From a virus: a stretch of 64,000 bases of DNA. The stretch spans positions 1-64,000 of IMG/VR virus record IMGVR_UViG_3300032285_003395. The stretch is one strand, 5' to 3'. Shown piece after piece: positions 10,389 to 22,200 of the stretch (positions are counted from its first letter, which is position 1; each line of letters starts with the position of its first letter). The notes below the pieces were generated by a model. The model saw only the letters and a program-made list of their open reading frames with translations. It was not told where the DNA came from and searched no databases. The position numbers and the translations under genes are program-made.

Positions 10389-11935
10389 TGGTTAAAAATA
10401 AAATTAAACTTAATAAACATAATTCTTCAGGATGGTTAGATGACTATTCTGAAGAATTTTTTATTAATACAAACCCTTCTTTAAATGTTAAAGAAAATAA
10501 TGGTATGAAACAAAAAAATGGTGGGTATTTAAAAAATAAAAATACTTATGTTACTAAAGATGGAAGAGAGACTAAAAGAGGTCTTTGGGCAAATGTATAT
10601 TTAAAAAACCATAAGTATCCTGCTGGAGGATATTTAGGTTATCAAGATGAATATAAAGGATTTGGTATTGGTCCAAAATTATATCAAGATAATAGTTATT
10701 TTAGATCAATAATGCCTGATTATGTTGAAAATATGCAAGCACAAATTAATCAACCAAGCATATTTTCTGGTATTAATAATGTTTTAGGTGGAGTTAATGA
10801 AGGTTTGGGTCAAGTAAATAGTTTACTAAGTAATTTTACTGCAGCAAATATGCCTGCAAAAAAATATGTTCAAGATAATATAGGTGGTGTAGAAGGTGTT
10901 ACAACTTCTCAAGGAATGACAAAAATGACTGAAAATATACCTGATGCTTCATATCATTCTATGATGTGGGGAAGTACTAAGCCACAATACTTAGCCCCTA
11001 CTCAACAAAATGGAGGATATATAAATCATTATGCAGGAGGAGGAGATTTATCTTTACAAGGTTATATTAATTATATAAATAACCAAAATCAAAATCAAAT
11101 TCCTTCAAATGCTTTTAATACTAACTCAAATAGAATGGGATTAGATGCATTACAAAGTGCTACTGCAAATGATTTTTTACATACTAAAGTAGCTCATGAT
11201 AGATTACAAAAAGAAGATGATAAAGTTAATTGGGGATTTGCAGATTTTCTTAAAGCTCCTACAGAAGCATTAGTAGGAGGAATATCTTCTATTCCTATAG
11301 TTGGAGATGCAGTTGGAAATGCTTTAGGAGATTCTTATTTTACAAGATCTGGAGCATATAAAGCTGGTAAAAATATTGGTAAATCTGTTGTAGGTGCAGG
11401 TAAAGTAATTGGTGGTGCATTAACTGGTAATGTAGGTTTAGTAGGTAGTGGTATTGGTGATGTAGGTTCTGGAGTGGGTAGTACTATTGGAGAGTTAAAT
11501 GCTGAATCTGGTATAGAAGATTACAATAAAGCTGGATATGTTTCTGGTAAAAGAATGGTAAATGCTTCACAAGACTTTGGTAGTCTGATGAATAATGCTG
11601 CTGGAATTTATGGTAATATTTCTGGAGGTATTAGTAATATTAATAATTTTGGAGGATTTGATCAATTTACCAAACCTTTAATGGGTGGAAAAACTGGTGC
11701 AAAAGGAGTAGGAAATTTAATTGGTAATTTAACAGGGTTTTCAATGGAAGATGGAGGAGTTGTAGACAATGATTATTTAGCTTTACAACAATTTTTAAAT
11801 GGTGGTTTAACTCCTAATAAAGCTGAAACTATGCTACACGACAAAAATTTTAAATCAGATAAACAAAGAAAATACTTTGGTTATATTGCATCACAAAAGA
11901 AAAAAACTAATAATGGGTGGTTAGACACTCTATAA
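10388..11935 (+). CDS. virion cargo/ejection protein with glycine-rich hydrophobic segments
   Basis: Gly-zipper-like stretches (VVGAGKVIGGALTGNVGLVGSGIGDVGSGVG), repeated xxxGG motifs and GWLD at both ends. Confidence 0.6.
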   Translation: MVKNKIKLNKHNSSGWLDDYSEEFFINTNPSLNVKENNGMKQKNGGYLKNKNTYVTKDGRETKRGLWANVYLKNHKYPAGGYLGYQDEYKGFGIGPKLYQDNSYFRSIMPDYVENMQAQINQPSIFSGINNVLGGVNEGLGQVNSLLSNFTAANMPAKKYVQDNIGGVEGVTTSQGMTKMTENIPDASYHSMMWGSTKPQYLAPTQQNGGYINHYAGGGDLSLQGYINYINNQNQNQIPSNAFNTNSNRMGLDALQSATANDFLHTKVAHDRLQKEDDKVNWGFADFLKAPTEALVGGISSIPIVGDAVGNALGDSYFTRSGAYKAGKNIGKSVVGAGKVIGGALTGNVGLVGSGIGDVGSGVGSTIGELNAESGIEDYNKAGYVSGKRMVNASQDFGSLMNNAAGIYGNISGGISNINNFGGFDQFTKPLMGGKTGAKGVGNLIGNLTGFSMEDGGVVDNDYLALQQFLNGGLTPNKAETMLHDKNFKSDKQRKYFGYIASQKKKTNNGWLDTL

Positions 11936-11946
11936 AAAATAATAAT

Positions 11947-14922
11947 ATGAAAGAATTACTTTTAAAACTTGCTAAAGTTAAGTCAGAGTCAGAATTTTAT
12001 AAGAAATTTCCAACCAAAGCTTCTTTTTTTAAAGCTCATCCAGAAGCTAAAGCAATTTTAGCACAATATGAAAAAGAACAGCAAAATAATTCTGTAGAAA
12101 CTCCACAAGAACAAATGACAGGTGGTCCAGAGGAAACTATGGAACAAATGGCAAATGGAGGTGGAATTGACAATCCTGGTTTTAAAGCTTTACCAAAGTC
12201 TGTACAAGAAAATATTATTTCTAATATGGCTATGGGAGGAGAAGTTGAAAAAATGGGAGAAGGTGGTATTCCACAAAGATATAAGAATATGGGTTTTACT
12301 CATGTTGGACAAAAGAAGCAAGGAGATGGTATTCACAAGTGGAAAGTTTTAGCTAAAAAAGGTGATAAATATAAAGTAGTTCAAGGTGGTTGGAGAGGAA
12401 TGCAAGATTTTAAACAACATCACTCAGAAAAAAGAAGAGATAGATTTTGGTCTAGAATGGGAGGCAAAGATTCTGCTAAAGCACATGATCCATTTTCACC
12501 ATTATACTGGCATAAAAGATTAGGTACTTGGGCAGATGGAGGTATTCTTCCTGATATGCAAGATTTAATTATGGCTAGTCAACAATATGATATGGGTGGA
12601 TTAGTTCAATATCCTACTTATTTAGAAATGGGTGGGATGATTGGTGGTCCAGATATGGGTTATGAAGATAATTATGTAAAACATGCTATGGGTGGTCCAG
12701 TATATGCTTATGGTATGGGAGGAAATATTGAAATTAATCCTGAACATAAAGGTATGTTTACTGCCTGGGCAAAGAAACATAATATGTCAGTTCAAGAAGC
12801 TGCAAGTCATGTTTTAGCAAATAAAGATAAGTATGATACCCATACTATTAAAATGGCAGCTTTTGCACATAATTTTGGTGGACACAAACACGCAATGGGT
12901 GGAGATGTTTATGCAATGGGTGGAGGAATACATTTAAATCCAGAGCATAAAGGAATGTTTACAAAATGGGCTAATAGACATGATATGAGTGTTTCTGAGG
13001 CAGCTAATCATGTAATGGCTAATAAAGATAAATATGATGCACATACAGTTCAAATGGCTAATTTTGCTAAAAATGCTGCTAAATGGAAGCATGCTATGGG
13101 AGGTATGGTATATGATGAAGGAGGTATAGTACCTAATTTAGCAAATCAAATTCCTGTACAAACAGAAAAATATGAAGGACAACCTGAGCAAGTTGTATAT
13201 CCAGATAATACTATTAAATCTGTAGATGCTACTACTTCACATGAAAATATGTCTGATGATAAAATTACAGATGTATTACCAGCTGGATCACATATTCAAA
13301 GTTCTAGAAATAAATTAACACCTGGTCAATATCAACAATTAATTGATATGTTTACTCCAGAAGTAGCTAAGGAAAGAATGAAACAAATTGAGCAAATTAC
13401 AAGAGGTAAAGATAAAAAAATATCTCCAGCTGAAATATCTGAATATGGTAAGAATAAATACCAAAATAAATCTACACCAAATTCTTTTGATACTGATAAA
13501 TTAAAAGAAGGTAATAAACAATCTTATATTGATTTAAGTATTGGTATGAATGATTTAATTAAAGCTGGTAAAGAATTAGCTCAAGGTATTTTACCTCAAC
13601 AAGAACCTATGATGGCTTGGGGAGGAATGGTAAATAAATACTTAGATGGTACTCCAAATTATGGTATACCTTCAATTAGTAATAAATTTACTACTGCTGA
13701 TGATTGGGATATTTTAAAAAATTATATTACATTAAATCCTAATGGTAAAGCTAGCCTTCTTTTTCCTTCTAACTTACCTTTAGATACTAAATTACAAATT
13801 GAAAAAGCAGCAGAAAACTATGATTTAACTAATCTTATACAAAAATATACTCCTAATACAAGTGGAAGATTTGCAGCAGGATTAACTGGTAAAGATTTTG
13901 AAGATAAACTTGCTCTAACTAGTTTAGGCCAAGAAGAATATGATAAAATTAAAAATGATCCAAATAAAGTAAGAGAAGTAGCTTATAAAATTATTGGTTT
14001 TAATCCTACAGGTAATGTAGATTATAATAATCCAGAATTTTATAGTAAATTTAAAAAAGCTTTTGAAACTAAACTTCCTGAAAATATGAGACCATTTTTT
14101 GGAAATACTGGACCAATGGGATTAGATTATTGGAATGCTTTAAAAATGAGTCAACCTACACCTACTCCTGTAGCACAAACTCCTTTACAAAAAGCTGCAC
14201 AAGAGCAATTAGGTGCAGTTAATTTAGTAGAGCCTGCAGCTCAAATTCCAATGAAAAATAAATATAATTATGGTTTATTAAATAAACAACTTAATTATGG
14301 ACTAAATGCAAATGAATTAGCTACTAATACTTTATTAGGTATTAATCCTATATATCAAATGGAAACTCCTGATACATATATAAGAAGTCAAAAAACTGAA
14401 GTTCCTGTAGGTAATATACTTTATAATATTGAAAAAGCACAAAGAAATGCTGCTAATCAATTATCTAATGAAACAGGAGATTGGAGTACACTAGCAGGTA
14501 ATATTGCTAATCTTGGTGCAACAGCTATGAATCAAGTGGGTAGTACTCTTAGTACTTTAAATGAAAAAAATCTTGATTTGTATAATAAACAACAAGAGGA
14601 AGAACAAAAACTTCTTGGTAATAATATGGTTGTTAAAAATGCTAATTTAGCTGATATGCAAGATGTTCTTAATAAGAAAAAGAACTTATTAGCTAAAAAA
14701 TATGTTTCTAATGCTAGTTTAATGAGTAATTATTACAAATCTATGATGGAAAATCAACAAGAAGAAAGAAATCAAAAACTTAATTTACTTAATACAATAG
14801 CTTCTAAACCTGATATGTTTAAAGGTGTACAAGGTCAAAATTATGTTAATCAAATATTTGGTACTACAGGTTCTTATGATAATCCTTTTGTAGGCACTCC
14901 TTTAGATTTATTTAATCAATAA
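11947..14922 (+). CDS. modular virion cargo protein
   Basis: About 14 xxxGG motifs, a tandem 67-aa domain and a C-terminal coiled coil. Start likely MKELL at 11947 rather than 11917. Confidence 0.6.
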   Translation: MKELLLKLAKVKSESEFYKKFPTKASFFKAHPEAKAILAQYEKEQQNNSVETPQEQMTGGPEETMEQMANGGGIDNPGFKALPKSVQENIISNMAMGGEVEKMGEGGIPQRYKNMGFTHVGQKKQGDGIHKWKVLAKKGDKYKVVQGGWRGMQDFKQHHSEKRRDRFWSRMGGKDSAKAHDPFSPLYWHKRLGTWADGGILPDMQDLIMASQQYDMGGLVQYPTYLEMGGMIGGPDMGYEDNYVKHAMGGPVYAYGMGGNIEINPEHKGMFTAWAKKHNMSVQEAASHVLANKDKYDTHTIKMAAFAHNFGGHKHAMGGDVYAMGGGIHLNPEHKGMFTKWANRHDMSVSEAANHVMANKDKYDAHTVQMANFAKNAAKWKHAMGGMVYDEGGIVPNLANQIPVQTEKYEGQPEQVVYPDNTIKSVDATTSHENMSDDKITDVLPAGSHIQSSRNKLTPGQYQQLIDMFTPEVAKERMKQIEQITRGKDKKISPAEISEYGKNKYQNKSTPNSFDTDKLKEGNKQSYIDLSIGMNDLIKAGKELAQGILPQQEPMMAWGGMVNKYLDGTPNYGIPSISNKFTTADDWDILKNYITLNPNGKASLLFPSNLPLDTKLQIEKAAENYDLTNLIQKYTPNTSGRFAAGLTGKDFEDKLALTSLGQEEYDKIKNDPNKVREVAYKIIGFNPTGNVDYNNPEFYSKFKKAFETKLPENMRPFFGNTGPMGLDYWNALKMSQPTPTPVAQTPLQKAAQEQLGAVNLVEPAAQIPMKNKYNYGLLNKQLNYGLNANELATNTLLGINPIYQMETPDTYIRSQKTEVPVGNILYNIEKAQRNAANQLSNETGDWSTLAGNIANLGATAMNQVGSTLSTLNEKNLDLYNKQQEEEQKLLGNNMVVKNANLADMQDVLNKKKNLLAKKYVSNASLMSNYYKSMMENQQEERNQKLNLLNTIASKPDMFKGVQGQNYVNQIFGTTGSYDNPFVGTPLDLFNQ
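12727..13104 (+). repeat. tandem intragenic duplication of a 67-aa (201-nt period) domain
   Basis: IEINPEHKGMFTAWAKKHNMSVQEAASHVLANKDKYD versus IHLNPEHKGMFTKWANRHDMSVSEAANHVMANKDKYD. Confidence 0.9.
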
Positions 14923-14936
14923 ATAAAAAAAAACTT

Positions 14937-16214
14937 ATGGCAAATCAGTATAAACCTTATTATGGTAATAATGATAATTTTGATATAGATTTTTCAAATA
15001 TAGATTTTGCAGACTTTAAACCAGTAGATATGAATCTATTGGCAAATAATGCAACATTTGCTCAAGAAGTTGCTAATAAAAGATTAGATGCTTTAAATGA
15101 GGAAAGAAAAAAACTATTGGAAGATGTAAAATTACATAAAAGGTTTGATAATATTCAACAAGATTTAGTTTCTAAAATAGATTCTGTTTTACAAAATGCA
15201 GGTAATATACAACTATCTGATAATGCAAATTATAATAGATTAAATAGTAGTTTAACAAAATTACAAACAGATCCTGTTTTAAAAAGAAATATTTATACTT
15301 CTGAACAAGCAAAAAAATATTCAGAAATTTTAGATAAAAATCCTAATTTAGCAAATCAACCTTGGAATGATCCTAACTATGATTCTTACAAAAAATTTAT
15401 AGATGGATACTCTAATGATTTTGAATTAAAACCTATTTATAAAGAAGTGGATTTAATTCCTGTTTGGGATGATTTTTTTAGTAAATTACCTAAATCAGAA
15501 CAAAATGCTATTGTTAAATATGGTATTAATGGTATTGCACAAGCTAAAAAAGAAGGTTTAGATGTAGATCAATTAGTTGGAAAAATACAAAATTATAAAA
15601 ATTTTATAGTTAAAAATAATCCAGAAGTTAATTCCAACCTTGAAAGAAGAAAAAATTATGCTAAATCTCAAGGATTAAATGGTGATGAATTTATTAATAA
15701 TTATATAGATGATAGTATTAATGCATCTGCTAGTAAATTTGCAGGAGTTAATGAATCTATTACAAATCCTCAAGAAGATATAGATAAAGCTTTTGGTTTA
15801 AAACAAGCTCAAGAAAATAGAATGGCTGCTGCACAAAAAATTCGTGATGATTTTTCTAGTCCTTATCAATTAAAAGGAACTTTATTATATAAAGGAAGTA
15901 AATTGATTAAATCTCCATTAGAAAATAGTGCTTTATTAAATAATATTATTACTTCCACATTTCCTACTGGTCAAATTAAATTACCTGGTAAAACAATTCC
16001 AATTAATATAAAACCTTCTTCAATACAATTATCTTATAATAACAATACTCAACAATATTATTTAACAGGACAAGCTGAAGGACCTCTTCAAAATGAACCT
16101 TGGAAATTAACGTTAGATAATAATTTAGTATTAAATAGTGTAAATAGTTTAAATGCAGGTAACGTTTTAAATCCATCTACCAATAATGCAACAGATAGTG
16201 GCACTCCTTGGTAA
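14937..16214 (+). CDS. putative virion cargo protein
   Basis: 425-aa helical ORF between the cargo genes and the giant genes. Confidence 0.55.
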   Translation: MANQYKPYYGNNDNFDIDFSNIDFADFKPVDMNLLANNATFAQEVANKRLDALNEERKKLLEDVKLHKRFDNIQQDLVSKIDSVLQNAGNIQLSDNANYNRLNSSLTKLQTDPVLKRNIYTSEQAKKYSEILDKNPNLANQPWNDPNYDSYKKFIDGYSNDFELKPIYKEVDLIPVWDDFFSKLPKSEQNAIVKYGINGIAQAKKEGLDVDQLVGKIQNYKNFIVKNNPEVNSNLERRKNYAKSQGLNGDEFINNYIDDSINASASKFAGVNESITNPQEDIDKAFGLKQAQENRMAAAQKIRDDFSSPYQLKGTLLYKGSKLIKSPLENSALLNNIITSTFPTGQIKLPGKTIPINIKPSSIQLSYNNNTQQYYLTGQAEGPLQNEPWKLTLDNNLVLNSVNSLNAGNVLNPSTNNATDSGTPW

Positions 16215-16229
16215 AATAAATTAATAAAC

Positions 16230-19200
16230 ATGAACGAAACTTTATTATTAAATTTATATAATAAATATAATTTATCTTCAAAAGGAGATTTTAATACATT
16301 TAAAAGTGATATGTCTAATCCTATTGTTAGGCAAAACTTTTTTAATAAATACAATCTTGCTTCAAAAGGAAATTATCAAACTTTTGAATCTGATTTATTA
16401 GGTGCAAATAAAAATTTAACTCAAACTCCTGTTCAACAACAATCAGTAGCTCCTAAACCTACTCCAAAACCTCAAGAAGAAGAAACTTTTTTAGGAGGAC
16501 TTGCTAACTCAATTCTTTCAAGATTTAAAAATAATGATGAAGAAAAACCTGAAGAACAAAAAGTTAATCCTGTAGTTAAACAACCTGTAGTTCAACAACC
16601 TGTATTAAATAATTATGTAGTTAATAAAGCAGAGTTACCAGTAGAACCAAATTTAAAAACTGCACCATCTGAATTTGCTAAAAAAGGTTATAATCCTAAT
16701 AAAACTTTAGAACAACAATTAGCAGAAATTAATGATTTATATGATCCTGAAAAAATAAAAAAAACTAATCAAGAAAGTATTAAAATTTTATCTGATAATA
16801 GAGCTAATAATGGTCTTAATATAGATAAAATTAATTTTTTAATTCAAGATTTACCTAATAAGTTAAGAAAAAATGAAATATTAAAACAAAGTAAAATAAA
16901 TACTGTTTTAGCACAAAAAAATAATCAAGTAGGTGTAGTTCAAGATCCTGAAGAAAAACAAACTTATTTAAATCAGTATAAACAAGGTATCAATTTAAAA
17001 CAAAAAGAATTAGATGGATTAAATAATCAAAATATATTTGATGATATTACTAAAACAAGAAATGCTAATACTGATGTTTTAACTAGTGCAATAAATAATG
17101 ATACAGGATCTCTTTTAGCAAATGTTGCAAATGCAGCAAATTTTGCAAAAAATGTATTTACTAATTACATGGATAGAAAAAATAAAATTGATGATTTACA
17201 GTCTACTATTAATCAAGCTAAAAAATCTCAAGAATATTTATCTAAATATAGTATATTATTAAATAAAACAAAAGAAGATATTAATTCTGAAGATTTACCA
17301 CAATTAGCATCTGCTTATGATCCAAGTATAAAAGGACATTTAAAATCATCTAATAAATATCAAAATAAAGAAGATATTACTAATTATTTTGATTTAAGTA
17401 AAGGAGGGTTTAATTCTAAAGAAGTTGCATTAAAAAATATAGCTTCTGATAATCAAGTTAAACAAGCATTAGAAAAAACTTATTTAGTATTTAAAAAAGA
17501 TAATGAAATATTAAATGCTGCTAATAAAGATAATTTGCAAAATTTAGTGGCAAAAAATAAATGGCAACAAAATATTAATGTTTATGATAATAAGTTTAAC
17601 AGTTTAATTGAAAATTATTATGAATTTCAAAATAATCCAGAATTAAAACAAACTTATTTAAAACAATATTATTCTGATCCAAAAGACCAAGAAAGAGTAT
17701 CATACCTTATGAATACTCCTGACTTTAAAAATATTATTAAAAATGAAGTTAATTTAGCTAAAATTGGAAAAGATGCTATTAATCAAAATTTAAAAAGTTG
17801 GAAAGATCAAAATATTAATAATTTACAAGCTTTAAATGCTCAAAAAGTTTTAAATGAAAGACAACAATTATCTCAAGATTATATAGAACAACAAGCTAAA
17901 GATAAAGGATTACTTAGTCGTGAAAATGTTTATTATACTTTACAACAATTAAGTAAAGCAGGTGGTCATATTGGAGAATATGTAAAGAAAAATACAGGAG
18001 CTGTTCTTTCAACTATATTACCTGATTCAGAAACTGCAAGACAATTAGAATATAGTAAAGATCTTTGGGATGCTATTAATTACTCTCAAGATGATGAAAA
18101 TTTATCAGTTTTTGATAAAGGTGTAAAATGGATTTCTTTACCTGCAAAAAATAAAGGTAATTATCAATTAGGTATTGATAAAGATAATAATTTAGTTGAT
18201 ATTAGAGCAAATGATTTATCTTTACCTGTAAAAGGAGAACAAAAAAAAGTTATTGAAAATTATTATTATAATAATATTGATAATTTAAAAACACAAGCAA
18301 AAGATTTATCTCAAATTCCTGGAGGTAAATATGAAGCTTTAAAAAATTTAGCAAAAACTGTTGGTGTAGGTGTTGCTGAGGAAGTACCTGAACTTGCTGT
18401 AGAAGCTGGACTTACAGCAGCTACAGAGGGTGTTGCAGCACCATTATTAGAATCTGGTTTATTAAAACTTGGAATGAAAATAAATGATGTTCAAAAAGTA
18501 ATGAAAAATTATAATAAAGTTTCTGGTCATACTATAGATGTACTTACTAGTTATGCTGAAATAAAACATGATGTACAAAAAGATTATGAGGATAGAGGAT
18601 TAGATCCTAGTTTACTTAATACTGTAATAACTTCTCAAGGTTTGGCAGGAGTTGGACAATTAAGTAATAGAGTTGAAAGAGGTTATAGAAAATTTGGATC
18701 AGAATTATTAAATAAAAATTTAAAAGAACAACCTCAAAAAGTATTTGTAGAAGATATACCTAAAGTAATAAAAACTTTAAGAGATGATGTAGCAGATATT
18801 AAAAATCCTGTTTTTAAAGAATATTTATTTAATAAAAATTTAAGAAATTATGCAGTTGCTAAATATACAGAAAGAGCTGCAAAAGTAGCTAAAGAATTTG
18901 GACTATCTGGTTTACAAGAAGCTTCTGAAGAAACTATTTTAGAACCTCTTGCACAAGTTATACTTAATCAAGCTAATGCTAATTTAACAGGTAATCAAGA
19001 ATATAATAATCAAAGTTTACAAGAATTAGGATTTTTAGATCCTGAAACTGCATTAATAGCTGGATTAACTGGAGGAGTTATGTCTAGTGCTGTAGATGTA
19101 GCACCTGATTTATTAAATAAAGTTTTAAAAAGAGATAATGGATTAAGTTCTATTGATGCATTACATGCAGCTGTAAATGATCCAAATAAATTTAAAAGTT

Positions 19201-22200
19201 TATTAAGTCAATTTGTAGAAACTCCTAATTCACAAGGTAAATCTTTAACTCAAGAACAATTTCAAGATTTATCTAATTCTTTAGATAAGTTAAAGACTAA
19301 TTATGAAAATACAAAAAATAATTTTAAATTAGATGAAGACTTTATTTCAAAATTAAATTTTGATAATGTAGCTCACAAATCTATATTAGAAAGTTTAGGA
19401 ATTAACTTAAAAAATATTGAAAATTTTAAAGGTAGTAAAACTTTTGAAAATATTCTTTTAAACTCAGAAGTAAATAAACTTAATAAAGAAAAAGTTACTG
19501 ATAAATTAGCACAGTTATTAGGTGTTCCAAATAATAATGGATATGATTTAACTCCTTATTTAGATGATACAGGTTTATTTAACTATAATAAATTTAATAA
19601 AATAGTTGGTAAAGATACTCTTGATAATGATACTATAAATACTATACAAGATTATAATCAATTAGTTGCTAAAGAAAAAAATGTTAATAATTTAGTTAAT
19701 TTATTTAATACTAATTTAGGTCCTGTACAAAAAGAATTTCAACAACAATACCAAAATGCTATTGAGACAAATACAGAGTTATTAAATCCTAAAGCACAAA
19801 TAATTAATACCCTATATCAAGATAACTTATTTAATAAAATTTTAAATCAACAAAGAATTGATAGAATTAATGAGTTATTATCTATAGGTCAAGGTAAAGA
19901 AAAAGAAAGACAATTAAATGAAGAATTAGCCCAATTAACAGATGAAAATAACAGATTAGATAAAATGTTAACTCATGTTGACAAAACTTATAAGAATGGT
20001 TATTTTGAAGCCCAGGAGAATATTAAACAATTAGATGAAGAGTATAATACTTTACATAATGATTTAAAGACTAAATTAAGTGATTATTTATCTTTAAATC
20101 CAATAGAAGAATTGTCTGATGAAAAAGAAAAAGAATTAAATAGTTTAATAGGACAAAAAAATACAAAATTAAAAGAATTAAAAAAGGCTCATAAAGATTT
20201 TAATGCTACATATAATAATAATATTAAATCAAGTGTTTTAGATAAAAATAAAACAGTTATAAATACTAATGATAAAGTTAATGTAGAGGAAGATTCTAAT
20301 GTTGATAAAAGTTTAACTGAAGAAATACAAAAAGATAAAGAAACTTTAGGTAAAGTAAAAGAATATAGAGAAATTTTTAATAAATTAAAAGAAGGTACTG
20401 TTACCAAAGAAGATTTATCTAAATTAAAATCTAATAATAGATTATATACTAAAGATGTTTTAAAAGAAACAGCATTACCTTATTATGTAGCATTTTCTAA
20501 AGAAGAATTACTACAAGCATTTAATAATGATCCAGATTTATTATTAGGTATGTATTCTATATTAGAAGATTTAGGGTATGCTTTAGATTTTAAAAATTAT
20601 AAAAATATTAATGTAGATACATTAACAGGTATTGTTACTGATGCTATTATTAAATTAAATTATAATATTAGTTTAATTAATAATAATAAACAAGATGAAA
20701 TAAAAAATATTGATGAATTAAATGGAGCTTTATTAATTAATAATTATATTACTGCATTACAAGAAAAAGCAAAAGAAATTAATCCGGATAGTGCTCCTGA
20801 AACTATTGATAATTTAGGATCTGATGCACAAAATAATACAATTAAATTAATAGAACAAAATAGTAAATTAAAATCTGATTTTAATGAAGAGGATATAACT
20901 TCAACTTCTTATTTTATAGATGATAAAGAGTATAAAACAGTTTCTGCTATAGGTAAAGCTGCTTTAGAAGATAATGAAGAATTAACTGCAGCATCAAATG
21001 TAGATAATTTAGTTATATCTTTAGGTAGAGTAATTTTTGGTAATAATAACATAACTAAAGAAAATATTGATAATTTATTACTTTCTCAAATGTCAATATT
21101 TGCTAAACTAGGTATTGAATTTAATGTTGATAAAGAAAGTTATATTACTCTGTGTAAAACATTAATAAATCAAAGAGATAGTTTAATTAAACAAGGTTTT
21201 AAATTTGTTACAGAAGAAAGAGTATTATTTCATAATTATGATGGTATTAATTTTACTCAAAATAATAATGTTATAAAAGATAATACTGTAGGTATAGCTA
21301 CTACTATGGATATTATTGCCATTGACAAAAATGGTAAAATAGATATTATCAATTTAAGAGTTAGTAAAAATAATGAAGATAAACAAAATGTTTGGGCAGA
21401 ACAACTAGCTTTTGATAAAACTATTTTAGAAAAAATACCTTCTATTAAAATTAATAATGTAAAAGTATTTTCAACTAAAGCAACTTATGATATTCATAAT
21501 TTAGGTAATAAAATAGATTTTTTACATTTTAAAAATTATAATTTTAAATCAATAAATATTTCTAATACAATACTAAAGTTAGTTAATACTTATTTAAGTA
21601 TACCTAATTTACCTGTAGAAGTTATTAATACTGAAGAAATTAATACTGAAGAAACTTCTCAGCAAGAAATGCCTGATTATATTTTAGAACAACAACAATT
21701 ATTAGCTGAGCAAGAGGAAGGATTTGATATTAGTACTGTTGATATGGGTCCTAGTTTGGAAGATTTAGGTATTGAGGAAAACCTTGAACCTGAAGAAATA
21801 GGACCTTCTGAATTTGAATTAATTGCAGATATTTCACCTGTTGTTACTCCTGTAAATTTAGAAGAAAATATTACTACTAATGAATCTAATTTAAAAAATA
21901 ATTCTACATCTTTAGAAGAAAATCAACTAGATCCTAATACACAATTAATTACTGGTCAAGCTGATAAAGAAGAGTTTGAAAAAAATACAGAAGTAACATT
22001 AGGTGAATTTACAGATGAACCTAATAGTAATATTGTTTCTTTACAAAGAGTTTCTTATGTTAAATTTAATGTTACTTATAATAATAATGGAGAAGAACAA
22101 TATACTGTAAGTATTATTAATAACAATGCTTTAAATAATAAATTTAATAAAGTATTAAATAAAGAAGAACTTAAAAAAGCATTTAAAGAAAATAATTTAT

